64,000 nt of DNA from Elusimicrobiota bacterium (lineage in GTDB: Bacteria; Elusimicrobiota; Elusimicrobia; UBA1565; UBA9628): NCBI GenBank assembly GCA_035533295.1, contig DATLUA010000054.1, forward strand, positions 5,002 to 69,001, given 5' to 3'. Below are positions 25,838-35,071 of this stretch, one piece after another. The notes under the pieces are model-generated. The model searched no databases and had not been told where the DNA came from. It worked only from the letters and a program-made list of their open reading frames with translations. Every line of letters begins with the position of its first letter. Position 1 is the stretch's first letter. A program made the position numbers and the translations under genes.

Positions 25838-26337
25838 AAACGCTTATCCGCAGCGCGCCGGTCCTCGCTCTCGTTTTGGCCGCGGCCGCGGCAGCCTCCG
25901 CGCAGGAGCCCAAGGTGAACTTCGCCCGGGACATCCAGCCCATTTTCCAGCAGTCCTGCATCAAGTGTCATGGCTTGGACCCGCACAAGCCGCACCACCA
26001 TCCGGATGCCCGGCTTCGCTTGGATGACCGCGCCGGTGCGATGAAGGGCGGACGCTCAGGCAAGGTCATCATTCCCGGTGACGCCATGGGCAGCCTGCTT
26101 TTCAAGCTCTTGAACGGTCCGGTGCCGCGCCCGGCCAAGGCCGCGGGCCTAAAGAGCGGCAAGGACATTTCCCCCATGCCCAAGGCCAAGCGCGGCGAGA
26201 AGTGGAAGCCCCTGCCGCAAAAAGAAATCGCGCTCATCAAGGCTTGGATTAACGAAGGCGCTCCCTGGCCCGAGCCCGCGCCGAAGAAGAAAGAACCGGC
26301 GAAAAAAACGGCCAAGTCCGGCAAGCGGACGGGATAA
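25834..26337 (+). CDS. Secreted PSCyt1-type (planctomycete cytochrome c domain) protein
   Basis: Signal peptide, then VNFARDIQPIFQQSCIKCHGLDPHK..., the F-x-R-D-I-x-P-I-x(4)-C-x2-C-H-G signature I associate with PF07635. ATGA overlap with the upstream cytochrome. Confidence 0.7.
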   Translation: MKTLIRSAPVLALVLAAAAAASAQEPKVNFARDIQPIFQQSCIKCHGLDPHKPHHHPDARLRLDDRAGAMKGGRSGKVIIPGDAMGSLLFKLLNGPVPRPAKAAGLKSGKDISPMPKAKRGEKWKPLPQKEIALIKAWINEGAPWPEPAPKKKEPAKKTAKSGKRTG

Positions 26338-26550
26338 TCCTCCCGCCCGCTTAGGCGAAGAGCCTAGGCGCTCCTAGGTCCACTGTCTCCTCAGCACGGA
26401 CTAATCGGTTCTGTCACAACGCCGCTCGGCGCCCTATCATTCGTTTCATGGAGGAAATCCGCGTCAAGGGGCAATTAGACAATTCTTGCCTATGCGCCGA
26501 AAATCGTGAATATTGTAAAATGCCTGCGAATACGGCAGAAAGGATCGAGC

Positions 26551-27402
26551 ATGCGCGCGCCCTATATCTCCGTCGTGATTCCATGCCACAATAGCGGGGA
26601 TTCCGTAGCCGACGCCGTCGACAGCGTTTTGAAGCAGGATTTCCCGGAAGCGGAGAGGGAAATTATTGTTGTTAACGGCGGTTCGACCGATCGGACCTCG
26701 GAAATTCTTCGCCACTATAAGGACAAGATACGAGTCATTGACTTGCCCGATTTGGGCCAAGGAGAATCTTATCGCCATGCCGTCCGCGCCGCTCGCGGTG
26801 AAATCATAGCGGCCCTTGACGGGGACGACGTTTGGCTTCCGCGCAAGCTTGAACTCGTGGCCGGCGCATTCGGGACGGTGAAGGAGACCGTCGTCTTCGC
26901 CCATCCCGGCCTGTCGGCCGATGCCGACCTTAGAGTGCGCGACGCAGAGGCGGCTGGGGCGCAGCCATCTGGCGAATTTCTAGAGACTGCCGAAATCCTC
27001 TCCTTGGCCCTGGAGCTAAAAAATGACGACCCCATGAAAAGACTTTCGCCGTTTTTTAAAGGCGGCGGTTCATGGTTCGCCGCCAAAAAATCGGTCGCGC
27101 GGTTGGACGGGGCCTTGAATCTTCCGCGATTTTGCGCCGACACATTATACAAGTGGATTGCGCTAAGCTACGGGGGACAAGCCGTCTTTTGGCCGGCTCC
27201 CCTCTATCTGCATCGTTGTCACGGGTCAAATTCCACGAACAGGGTGAGCGCCGAGCAATGGGAAAGCGCCGGCGTGGAAATAGCACATATTATCTCTCCC
27301 TTTGTCGAGCCTCATAAAACCCCCGCTTTGCACAGGGTGATGAGAATTAACATGTTGCATTTGGTCGCGAGAGAAATTCTTTCCTCAGCGAGGGGCCGCT
27401 GA
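26551..27402 (+). CDS. Family 2 glycosyltransferase
   Basis: MRAPYISVVIPCHNSGDSVADAVDSVLKQDFPEAEREIIVVNGGSTDRTSEIL...GEIIAALDGDDVWLPRKLE (GT-A fold, D-x-D as DGDD). SD-like aaagga upstream of ATG 26551. Confidence 0.8.
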   Translation: MRAPYISVVIPCHNSGDSVADAVDSVLKQDFPEAEREIIVVNGGSTDRTSEILRHYKDKIRVIDLPDLGQGESYRHAVRAARGEIIAALDGDDVWLPRKLELVAGAFGTVKETVVFAHPGLSADADLRVRDAEAAGAQPSGEFLETAEILSLALELKNDDPMKRLSPFFKGGGSWFAAKKSVARLDGALNLPRFCADTLYKWIALSYGGQAVFWPAPLYLHRCHGSNSTNRVSAEQWESAGVEIAHIISPFVEPHKTPALHRVMRINMLHLVAREILSSARGR

Positions 27403-27414
27403 GGAAAGCCCGGC

Positions 27415-29643
27415 TTACGCCATGCCTCTAATTCGCCGCAGAAAAATCTCCAGGGCGAAGAGAGTGCCCGTCAAGGCCAGAAACCACGGGCCCGCGAAAG
27501 GATGCAGGCGCCGGCTGGTCTCGGCGATAAGCTCGGGCGGCGGCAGTTTCGCGAGGAGCTTTGCCGCGTCGGCGTCCTTTAAGTTTTCGTAGTTGCCGCC
27601 GCCGCCCTTGGCGGCTTCCTTGAGCCAAGCCCGATCCAGGGGCGGCGCCGCGGCGCCGGGGCTCCAAAAAAACTTCAGGCGGTCGGTTCCCCACGCTTTT
27701 CCGCGGAAAAAGGCCGAGGCGCGCAGGCTTTGCGCTCCGGCCGGAATCCCGGTCAGGCGCACGCGGTAGAGCCCCGGTCCCGCGGCCCGAGGCGTCAATA
27801 TCTGGCGGCGCTTATTAGGCTTAGTCCAGGTGATGGAAACAGACGTGTCCGCGTCCGGCGCGGGCCTAAACTGCGCATCGAAAACCCGCAGGGTCACTTC
27901 CAGCGGCTCTTCGTCCGGCAAAGGCCGCGACAGAGGGACGAATTGCACCTTGGACAAGTCCAGGCTCCCGCTCAAGTATTCGACCGCGCGCGACCAGAAG
28001 CGCTGGTAGAAATCCGCGGTGGCCAAATTGCGCGCGCCGCCCAGTCGCCAGCGCCACGTGGAATCGGTCGTGATCATCATGACCTTGCCGCGGCCGTAGG
28101 GCCGCACCGCGACGACGGGCAGAGGCTGGCCGTCGTCGGTCTTCTCCTTGGGGTCGACGGCCAAGACCATGGTCCCCGGGTTGGCGGAGTCCAGGCGCGC
28201 GTAGCCGTCCAAGTCCGGCAGGGCGCCCCAGGCCGCGCGCGACTGGGCGGCTCCCCCGTAGAGGTCAATCATGGGGTGCGAATAATCCACGGGCTCGGCG
28301 TGGAAGAGCCCCGGCACGAAGTCCGGTTCAGCGGCGGAGAGCTTGGCGGGCAGCAAGTCCTCCAGCGGCGTTCCCCGGTAGCCGCCCACGTTGAAGGCGT
28401 TCTCGCCTCCGATGATGAGCAGCGCCCCGCCCTTGGCCACGTAGTTCCGAATCGAGGCAAGGTAGGCGGGCGGCAGGTAGAAGCGCGCCGGCGAGAAATT
28501 CTCCAAGATGAAGAGATCGAACTGCGAGATATCGCGCATGAAGATTTCGTTTTCCGGGAAAGGGATGAGCGAGAGCTCGTTGTCCGGGATGGGGACCATG
28601 TTGCCCGGGTTGCGCAGGATGACGAAGGAGACCACCTCGCGGTTGGGATCGGACTTCAGGAACTCGCGCAGGAAAACATACTCGGGGCTGGGCCGTCCGG
28701 CCAGGAACATGATGCGATATTTCTGGCGGATGACCTGGACCTGGATGCGCTTGGTGGACGCCAGGCCCGTTGCCGCGTTCGCGCCCTGCGTTTTCGCCTC
28801 GATGACGAAATTCTCGCCGCCCAGGCTCTGCGCCGCCGCGGTCAGACTCGAGGTGAACAGCGCGAAGGCGGAGTTCGGCGTGAAGGTCGCCTGGGCCACG
28901 GGAACGCTCTTGGCGCCGCCCGCTTCCTCATATAGGAAGACCGTCACGCGCCGCCCGGAGAGCCCCCAGGCCTTGAGCGAAAAAGAGATGGAGAAGCGCT
29001 GGTGCAGGAAGGCGAAGTCCGGTGGGCGCACGTCCATCAAGGACAACCCGGCGCCGCGCGGTTTTCGGCCCGCGGCCAGCACGTCCACGGGCGCGCCCAG
29101 GGCGGACAAGACGTCCTTGGGCGGCGGCTCGTCCGTCACGCCGTCCGATAAAAGCCACACGCGCTTGGCCGGTTCGCTCTGGGCGGAAATCATTTCCTGC
29201 GCCTGCGGGAGAGCGTTTTCCGGCTCGAAGGCTGCGTCGCCAGCGCTTAAGGAGCCCGTCTCATTCCAGTCCACGTTCTGCGCGCCGTCGGACAGGGCCA
29301 AGACCCGCGGACTCGCGGCGGCCTCGATGCGCCCGCGGTTGGACGCGAGCCAGTCCAGCGCCTCTTTAAGCCGGGAAGCTTTACCTCGTCCCGAAGAAGC
29401 CGCCATCGAATGCCCGACGTCAACGAGAATCAATAGCCCGGGTTTTTTAAGCACGCCCCGGCGCAAATCCACGGCGGGGTTGAGCAGGGCCAAAATCACG
29501 GCCGCCGCAGCCAAAAGGCGCAGGGCCAAAAGCCCTTTACCCGCGCGGGTGCGGCTGGCGTGCCACAGAGACGCCGCGGCCAGCGCCACGGCCGCGCCCC
29601 AGGCCCAGCCGCCAGCGGAAAATTCCATCCGCGGGAGAATCAT
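27415..29643 (-). CDS. Membrane protein with degenerate vWA and DUF1355/GATase1-like domain (Bat-operon component)
   Basis: N-terminal TMs; LLILVDVGHSMAASSGRGKASRLKEAL (vWA-like); VVSFVILRNPGNMVPIPDNELSLIPFPENEIFMRDISQFDLFILENFSP...GGALLIIGGENAF resembles DUF1355; C-terminal TM. 4-nt overlap with the upstream gene. Confidence 0.6.
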   Translation of the reverse strand: MILPRMEFSAGGWAWGAAVALAAASLWHASRTRAGKGLLALRLLAAAAVILALLNPAVDLRRGVLKKPGLLILVDVGHSMAASSGRGKASRLKEALDWLASNRGRIEAAASPRVLALSDGAQNVDWNETGSLSAGDAAFEPENALPQAQEMISAQSEPAKRVWLLSDGVTDEPPPKDVLSALGAPVDVLAAGRKPRGAGLSLMDVRPPDFAFLHQRFSISFSLKAWGLSGRRVTVFLYEEAGGAKSVPVAQATFTPNSAFALFTSSLTAAAQSLGGENFVIEAKTQGANAATGLASTKRIQVQVIRQKYRIMFLAGRPSPEYVFLREFLKSDPNREVVSFVILRNPGNMVPIPDNELSLIPFPENEIFMRDISQFDLFILENFSPARFYLPPAYLASIRNYVAKGGALLIIGGENAFNVGGYRGTPLEDLLPAKLSAAEPDFVPGLFHAEPVDYSHPMIDLYGGAAQSRAAWGALPDLDGYARLDSANPGTMVLAVDPKEKTDDGQPLPVVAVRPYGRGKVMMITTDSTWRWRLGGARNLATADFYQRFWSRAVEYLSGSLDLSKVQFVPLSRPLPDEEPLEVTLRVFDAQFRPAPDADTSVSITWTKPNKRRQILTPRAAGPGLYRVRLTGIPAGAQSLRASAFFRGKAWGTDRLKFFWSPGAAAPPLDRAWLKEAAKGGGGNYENLKDADAAKLLAKLPPPELIAETSRRLHPFAGPWFLALTGTLFALEIFLRRIRGMA

Positions 29644-32393
29644 GGGATGCCGTCCTCGCGCATCTTCATCAAAATGTAGGGCTGGTGCACGGCATCGTCC
29701 TTATAAGTGCCGGTCAAGGAGAACATGACCAAGTTCAAGGTAAGTCGCTTGGCCATCTCGCGCTGGATCTCGCCCCCGGGCAGGCAGGGATAAAGCGGCT
29801 TGCCCAGCGGATCGAGCGCCCAAGCGCCCAGGATGTCGTTGCGCGAGTAGATGACGGCCGTGCGGCCGCCCCAGACGATTTTCTCAAGAGTGCCGCGGGT
29901 CATGACCCGCCCGGCCGGGCCGCGCAGAAGAAAAAAGCTTTTGTAGATGACGTCATCGGGCGCGACGTCTTGGAAGGACGCGCCCGGCAGGACTTGCGGC
30001 AGGGTCTTGCGCGCCCAGTCGTCGAAGGAGCTGGTCCGCGCGCCGGAGACGTCCTCCAGCCACAAAAGCCCTCCGCCGTCGAAGTAGTCGCGCAGGTTCT
30101 TGCGTTCCGGCTCGGTCAAGGGCGGCGGCGCATCGCCGCCGGCGAGCACGATGAGCGGCGAGGAGAAAAGCGCGGGGTCGTCCAAGCCGATGACGCGTCG
30201 CTCGGGCTCGACCAAAATGCTGGTCAGCCGCGAGACATAGGCCAGGATTTGCGGGGGCACCTCGGGATAAGGGTCCCACGTGCCGCCGAGCTTAATTTGC
30301 GTCCAGACAAAACGGTCGCCCTGCTGGGCGGGCGCGGGCCGGGCCAGGACAAAGAGCAGCAGAGCCGCCGTCAGGACGCGGGGACCTAGAGCCATGAGCA
30401 TCTCGGCGGCCATGAGAAGGACGGTCGCGATCAAAATCCAGTCGCGCGCGCTGCGGCCATGGAGGAGCAAGGTGAAATACGAGGCGTTCTCGCGCGCGGG
30501 CACGGCCTTCCACGGCGGAGACGGGAGCTGGGATAAGTCGCTCTCGCCGCCGGAACGATCCAGATTGACGGCGTAAACCCAGCTTTGCCCCGCCGTCTTG
30601 TCCGAGACGGTGTAGAGCCCCGGCGTATCGGTGTCAGTGAAATCAAACGCGCGGTTCTTGAGCCAAACGGTCGCCGATCGGCCATCGGGCGACAAGACGC
30701 GCACTGATGCGGGCGCGGCCTCGGTCTCGGACCAGCGGCGCGCGATGGGTTGCCCCACGACTAGCGACAAATTTTCTTCGCTGGGCGCGGGCGGCGCCAC
30801 TTCGCCCAGCGCCGTCTGGGCCCAGGCCGCGAACACGGGCCTGATGACCAGGTTGCTCCGAGCGGCGTTCAGGCTCCCGGCCCAGACTTCGGTGCGGCCC
30901 TTGCCGAAACTTCCAGCGACCAAAAGCGGATAACCTGAGGCCGACTGCAGCACGATTCGCGCGTCGGGCTTGGGCTGAAGCAGACTGTAGCTTCCCAGCG
31001 AGACTTGGCCCAGATCAAAGCCGTCCCACGCGCCCTTGGGCGAGCCGGGCCCCGGCTTGATGCCGCCTTGTTCCGCCGGCACGGCCGGGCCCACGCCCGA
31101 AGAGAGCCAGGGCAAGAGCCGCGCCAAGGGCTCCGGATCGGCGGCCGCGCCGGAGACAACCAGCAGCCCGCCGCCTCCGGCGACGTAGTCCTTCAAACGC
31201 GCCGCTTCCTGCGCGCTCAATCCGCGCGCGTCGGCCAGCACCACGGCGGCGTAGCGCGACAAGCCGGCCTCGGAAATCCGGTCCAAGCCCAGGAAATCCG
31301 CGTCGAAGGGCAGAAGGCTTCCCTGCGGGCCGCCTAAGAGCGGGCGTAGGAAATAGCCGGGCTCGGGCACGGCGAAAAAATCTCCCGTGCCGTAGAGGCA
31401 GAGTACGCGCGGCCGCGCGGGACGGCGAAAGGAATAGAAATATTCGTCGTCCGCCTCCAAGGCGTCGGGACGCAGGGCGAGTTTTCCCCACCACGCGGCG
31501 GACTCATTCGCGGGCGCGGCGGGCAAAATCTCCCGCGCTTGGCGAATCGCGCCGCCGCCGCGCAAGGCGGCGTCCGGCAGCCGCTGGGAATCAAGATAAA
31601 CTTCGACCGCGTCGCGATTTTCCGTTTTGAAGCCCGAGGCAAAAATGCGCAGGGATGGCCCTGCGCCGGCTAGGCCCGGCTCGGGTGATGCGGAGTCGAT
31701 GGCCAAGTTTTGCGCCGCCGGCCAAGAAAGTCCCAGCCACAAGATGGTGGGCTCAAGTTGCGGCGGAGCGCCTTTAAAGCCGCTGCGGGTGTTGTCGCTC
31801 AAGATAAGCGTCGCGCGTCGGCGTCCGCCGCTGTCTTTGTCTAGAAAATCCTGCGCGGCCGAGAGCGCGGCGGCGTCATCGGTCGTGCCGTAGCCGGGCT
31901 TGGCCGCGGCGATGAGCGCGGCGGCCTTGGCCGGGCTCATCCAGGCGGGCCGGCCGCCGGGGAATTCCGGCTTGGCCGCGAAAAATTCCACGGCTGCGCG
32001 GTCGGAGCCGGAAAGCCGCGCCAAAATATTTTGGGCCAGGACCTGGGCCTGTTCGAAACGGGTTTTTCCCCCTTGGCGGCAGCGCATGGAGTAGGAGCGG
32101 TCGAGCAAAAACAAAACGTCCGTGCCGCGCGAGCCGGCGCCAGCGCCGCCGGAAGATTCCAGAATGGGCTTGGCGCAGGCGAGAATCAGGAGCAAAAGCA
32201 CCAGGCAGCGCAGCAAGACCAATATCCACTGCCGCAGGCGCGAAAGGGGCTTGGTGCGCGAGTAGGCGCGGCGCAGGAGCAGCGTGTTGCTAAACGGCAG
32301 GCGTTTGGCCCGCCGACGGAAGATGAGATGAAAGGCCAGCGGCACGGCCGAGAGGGGCAGAACCCACAGGAGGGCCGGCGCGCCGAAAATCAA
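29640..32393 (-). CDS. Fusion protein: BatA N-terminal double-TM domain + vWA + large middle region + DUF4159
   Basis: MIFGAPALLWVLPLSAVPLAFHLIFRRRAKRLPFSNTLLL (aerotolerance BatA_N); VLFLLDRSYSM (MIDAS D-x-S-x-S). C-terminal FVWTQIKLGGTWDPYPEVPPQILAYVSRLTSILVEPERRVIGLDDPALFSSPLIVLAGG...GGLLWLEDVSG matches DUF4159 as I recall it. Confidence 0.75.
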   Translation of the reverse strand: MIFGAPALLWVLPLSAVPLAFHLIFRRRAKRLPFSNTLLLRRAYSRTKPLSRLRQWILVLLRCLVLLLLILACAKPILESSGGAGAGSRGTDVLFLLDRSYSMRCRQGGKTRFEQAQVLAQNILARLSGSDRAAVEFFAAKPEFPGGRPAWMSPAKAAALIAAAKPGYGTTDDAAALSAAQDFLDKDSGGRRRATLILSDNTRSGFKGAPPQLEPTILWLGLSWPAAQNLAIDSASPEPGLAGAGPSLRIFASGFKTENRDAVEVYLDSQRLPDAALRGGGAIRQAREILPAAPANESAAWWGKLALRPDALEADDEYFYSFRRPARPRVLCLYGTGDFFAVPEPGYFLRPLLGGPQGSLLPFDADFLGLDRISEAGLSRYAAVVLADARGLSAQEAARLKDYVAGGGGLLVVSGAAADPEPLARLLPWLSSGVGPAVPAEQGGIKPGPGSPKGAWDGFDLGQVSLGSYSLLQPKPDARIVLQSASGYPLLVAGSFGKGRTEVWAGSLNAARSNLVIRPVFAAWAQTALGEVAPPAPSEENLSLVVGQPIARRWSETEAAPASVRVLSPDGRSATVWLKNRAFDFTDTDTPGLYTVSDKTAGQSWVYAVNLDRSGGESDLSQLPSPPWKAVPARENASYFTLLLHGRSARDWILIATVLLMAAEMLMALGPRVLTAALLLFVLARPAPAQQGDRFVWTQIKLGGTWDPYPEVPPQILAYVSRLTSILVEPERRVIGLDDPALFSSPLIVLAGGDAPPPLTEPERKNLRDYFDGGGLLWLEDVSGARTSSFDDWARKTLPQVLPGASFQDVAPDDVIYKSFFLLRGPAGRVMTRGTLEKIVWGGRTAVIYSRNDILGAWALDPLGKPLYPCLPGGEIQREMAKRLTLNLVMFSLTGTYKDDAVHQPYILMKMREDGIP

Positions 32394-32409
32394 AGCCGAG
32401 CCTCCCTGC

Positions 32410-33288
32410 TCATCGCATCGAGACCAGGAGATGCTTCAAGGCCGCGTCCCAGGGAATGTCGGTGGGGCAGGGCGCGTAGGCCGCGCCCATCGCCGCAAAG
32501 CTGGCCTCGTAGAGCGAAAAATCCCGCGCGAACTCTTCCCGGTAGGTTTGCCGTAGCACCGAGGCCTCGCAGAAAAAGCGCTCGCCGGTCTCCAGGCTCT
32601 CGAACTCGGTCGGACCGTCGAACGGAAAATCGCGCTCGGCGGGATCAATGACCTGCAGGACCAACACGCGGTTCTTGCGCGCGCGCAGGCCCCGCATCGC
32701 CGCGATGATCTGGTCCGGCGGGCCCAGCAAGTCCGAGATGACCACGATGAGCGAGCGCCGGCGCAGGCGCAGCGCGGTCTCGTCCAAGGCGCGGGGCAAG
32801 TCGGCTTGGCCGCGCGGCGAGATTTCGGCTAAGGCGTCATCCAAGGCGCTCAAGTGCGCCAGCGATTTTTTCGCGGGCACCTCGCGGCCCGCGCCCGCGC
32901 CGAAGGCCAGAAGCCCGGCCGCGTCGCCGCGGCTCAAGATCAGGTAGCCCAGCGCCATGGCCAGGCGGCAGGCGTAGTCCCATTTGGGCGTGCGGCCCTG
33001 CGCGGAAAATCCCATCGAGCCCGAGGCGTCCAAAAGAACGTGCCCGGAGAGCGCGCTCTCGCTCATGAATTCCTTGACGTAGAACCGGTCGGTGCGCGCG
33101 TAGACCTTCCAGTCGAGCGTGCGCGGCTCGTCGCCGGGCGCGTAGGCGCGGTGCTGGGCGAAATCGCGCGAGTAGCCCTTGAAGACGCTTCTGTGGCGGC
33201 CTTGGGCGTGGCTTTCGGAGGCGAGCCGCCCGAGCCTGAGGCTTAGGCTTTTAAGCTTGGCGAGCGCGACGGCGTCAAGAAATCTCAC
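32410..33288 (-). CDS. DUF58 protein (MoxR-associated, vWA-like)
   Basis: ...HRSVFKGYSRDFAQHRAYAPGDEPRTLDWKVYARTDRFYVKEF... is the DUF58 signature. Start set to GTG 33288, overlapping the MoxR stop by 14 nt. The longer track ORF runs antisense-free into moxR coding sequence. Confidence 0.85.
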   Translation of the reverse strand: MRFLDAVALAKLKSLSLRLGRLASESHAQGRHRSVFKGYSRDFAQHRAYAPGDEPRTLDWKVYARTDRFYVKEFMSESALSGHVLLDASGSMGFSAQGRTPKWDYACRLAMALGYLILSRGDAAGLLAFGAGAGREVPAKKSLAHLSALDDALAEISPRGQADLPRALDETALRLRRRSLIVVISDLLGPPDQIIAAMRGLRARKNRVLVLQVIDPAERDFPFDGPTEFESLETGERFFCEASVLRQTYREEFARDFSLYEASFAAMGAAYAPCPTDIPWDAALKHLLVSMR

Positions 33289-34276
33289 CCAGCAGGCGCT
33301 CGATGATCGTGTCGGCTTGGACGGCCTCGGCCTCGGCTTGGAAGTTGAGCACCAGGCGGTGGCGCAAAACGGGCTTGGCCACGGCCCGCACGTCGTCCTC
33401 GCCAGCGGCCAGGCGTCCGGAAAGAAGAGCCCGGGATTTGGCGCCCAGGACCAGGGACTGCGCCGCGCGAGGGCCGGCGCCCCAGGAAAGCCAGGACTTG
33501 ACCTCTTTGGAGGCCGCGGCATCGGCGGGGCGCGTGGCGCGGGCGAGGCGCACGGCCAGCTCCACGGCCGAGTCCGCCACGGGCACGCGGCGCACCAAGT
33601 CCTGCAGGCTTTCCATTTCCTTCGAGTCCAAAACTTTTTTCAAGTCCACGCGCCGCTCGCCCGTGGTCTCCATGACGATGCGCTTTTCCTCATCGCGCGA
33701 CGGATAATCCATCACGATTTGCAAAAAGAAGCGGTCCAGCTGCGCTTCGGGCAGAGGATAGGTGCCTTCCTGCTCGATGGGGTTCTGCGTGGCCATGACG
33801 AAAAAAGGCAGGGGCAAGTCGCGGGTCTCTCCGGCGGTGGTGACCTGGTATTCCTGCATGGCCTGCAAGAGCGCGGCTTGGGTCTTGGGCGGCGTGCGGT
33901 TGATTTCGTCGGCCAGGACCAGGTTCGCGAACACGGGGCCGGGGATGAAGCGGAATTCGCGCTTCATGGTCTCCGGGTTTTCCTGGATGATTTCCGAGCC
34001 GGTCACGTCCGAGGGCATCAAATCGGGCGTGAACTGAATGCGGGAAAATTTAAGATCGAGGATGCGCGCGAGGCTGGAGACCAAAAGCGTCTTGGCCAGG
34101 CCGGGCACTCCCTCGATGAGGCAGTGGCCGCGGGCGAACAGGGCGATGAGCATCTGCTCGACGGCCTCGTCCTGGCCCACGATGATCTGGCGGATCTGCG
34201 CGACGATGCCCGCCTTGGCCGCAGCCAGGCGCTCGGCTTGCAAGACGTCGTTTTTCTCTTCGGCGGCTTTAGCCAT
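33275..34276 (-). CDS. MoxR-family AAA+ ATPase
   Basis: GQDEAVEQMLIALFARGHCLIEGVPGLAKTLLV (Walker A), VFANLVLADEINRTPPKTQAALLQAMQE (Walker B / sensor). 333 aa, canonical MoxR. Confidence 0.93.
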   Translation of the reverse strand: MAKAAEEKNDVLQAERLAAAKAGIVAQIRQIIVGQDEAVEQMLIALFARGHCLIEGVPGLAKTLLVSSLARILDLKFSRIQFTPDLMPSDVTGSEIIQENPETMKREFRFIPGPVFANLVLADEINRTPPKTQAALLQAMQEYQVTTAGETRDLPLPFFVMATQNPIEQEGTYPLPEAQLDRFFLQIVMDYPSRDEEKRIVMETTGERRVDLKKVLDSKEMESLQDLVRRVPVADSAVELAVRLARATRPADAAASKEVKSWLSWGAGPRAAQSLVLGAKSRALLSGRLAAGEDDVRAVAKPVLRHRLVLNFQAEAEAVQADTIIERLLGEIS

Positions 34277-34335
34277 GTCGGGTATAGACTATCACATCGC
34301 GAATCGCGAAAAAAGATAGAATCTTGGCGCACCGA

Positions 34336-35064
34336 ATGAAACGCTTCCTCGTGCTCCTGGCTTCGGCGGCCGCGCTCTCGACCCTGGCCGGCTGCGGCCG
34401 AGCGCGCTTGGACTATACGCCCAACTCCCCGCTGACCAAGCGCGCGCCGCGTTTTCCGATTAAGGCCGCGCTCATGCCTTTGCGCGACTTGACGCTCTAC
34501 GGCCCGCCGCCGGCGGATCAAAGCGCGGCGGATCTTACCGCCATGGGCGATGGCAATTGCCCCAAGCTGTCCCCGACGGATTTGACCCAGGATCTCGCGC
34601 GCGACATCGCGGCCAGCGGCCTGGTGCAATCTGTCGAGGTGGCGCCGGACGAGTGGCAGGCCGTCAAGGACGGCGACAAACTGCTGATTGTGGGCCAAAT
34701 CGAGGACGCGAGCGACGCGGCGCCGGGCCCCGCCGCCGCGGGCCGGAAGGCAGGCAGTACCGGCGGCGATAAAGAAAGTGATCTGGCCGCCGGTAAGAAA
34801 AGCCTTAACCTGGACATCGAAATCCGCGCGCTCATGCGTTATGACGCCTCGGAGCCCTACAGCGATCAGATTTGGGAGCAGGACCTGCGCGAGCAGGTGA
34901 TCACGCCCGCGCCGCTGGAAGCCTCGGCGGTCGCGGACGCCCTGCGCCGGCTCTATCTGAAAATCGACAAGAGCGTCGAGGATGCGCTCAGGGATCAGGC
35001 CAAGTTTGCGCGCTTGGCGCCCAAGACTCCGCCCATCGCGAATCCCGCGATGCCGGGGATTTAG
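34336..35064 (+). CDS. Lipoprotein, function unknown
   Basis: MKRFLVLLASAAALSTLAGC (lipobox L-A-G-C). No family recognised. Confidence 0.6.
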   Translation: MKRFLVLLASAAALSTLAGCGRARLDYTPNSPLTKRAPRFPIKAALMPLRDLTLYGPPPADQSAADLTAMGDGNCPKLSPTDLTQDLARDIAASGLVQSVEVAPDEWQAVKDGDKLLIVGQIEDASDAAPGPAAAGRKAGSTGGDKESDLAAGKKSLNLDIEIRALMRYDASEPYSDQIWEQDLREQVITPAPLEASAVADALRRLYLKIDKSVEDALRDQAKFARLAPKTPPIANPAMPGI

Positions 35065-35071
35065 CGCGCCT

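Noticed and set aside
34317-34338. Leaderless promoter for the lipoprotein gene at 34336 (TAGAAT 34317-34322) and for moxR (GATAGT/TATACC on the minus strand)
   Set aside because: Gaps of 11-13 nt and poor -35 matches make these less convincing than the nine listed cases. They are left out of the pattern count.
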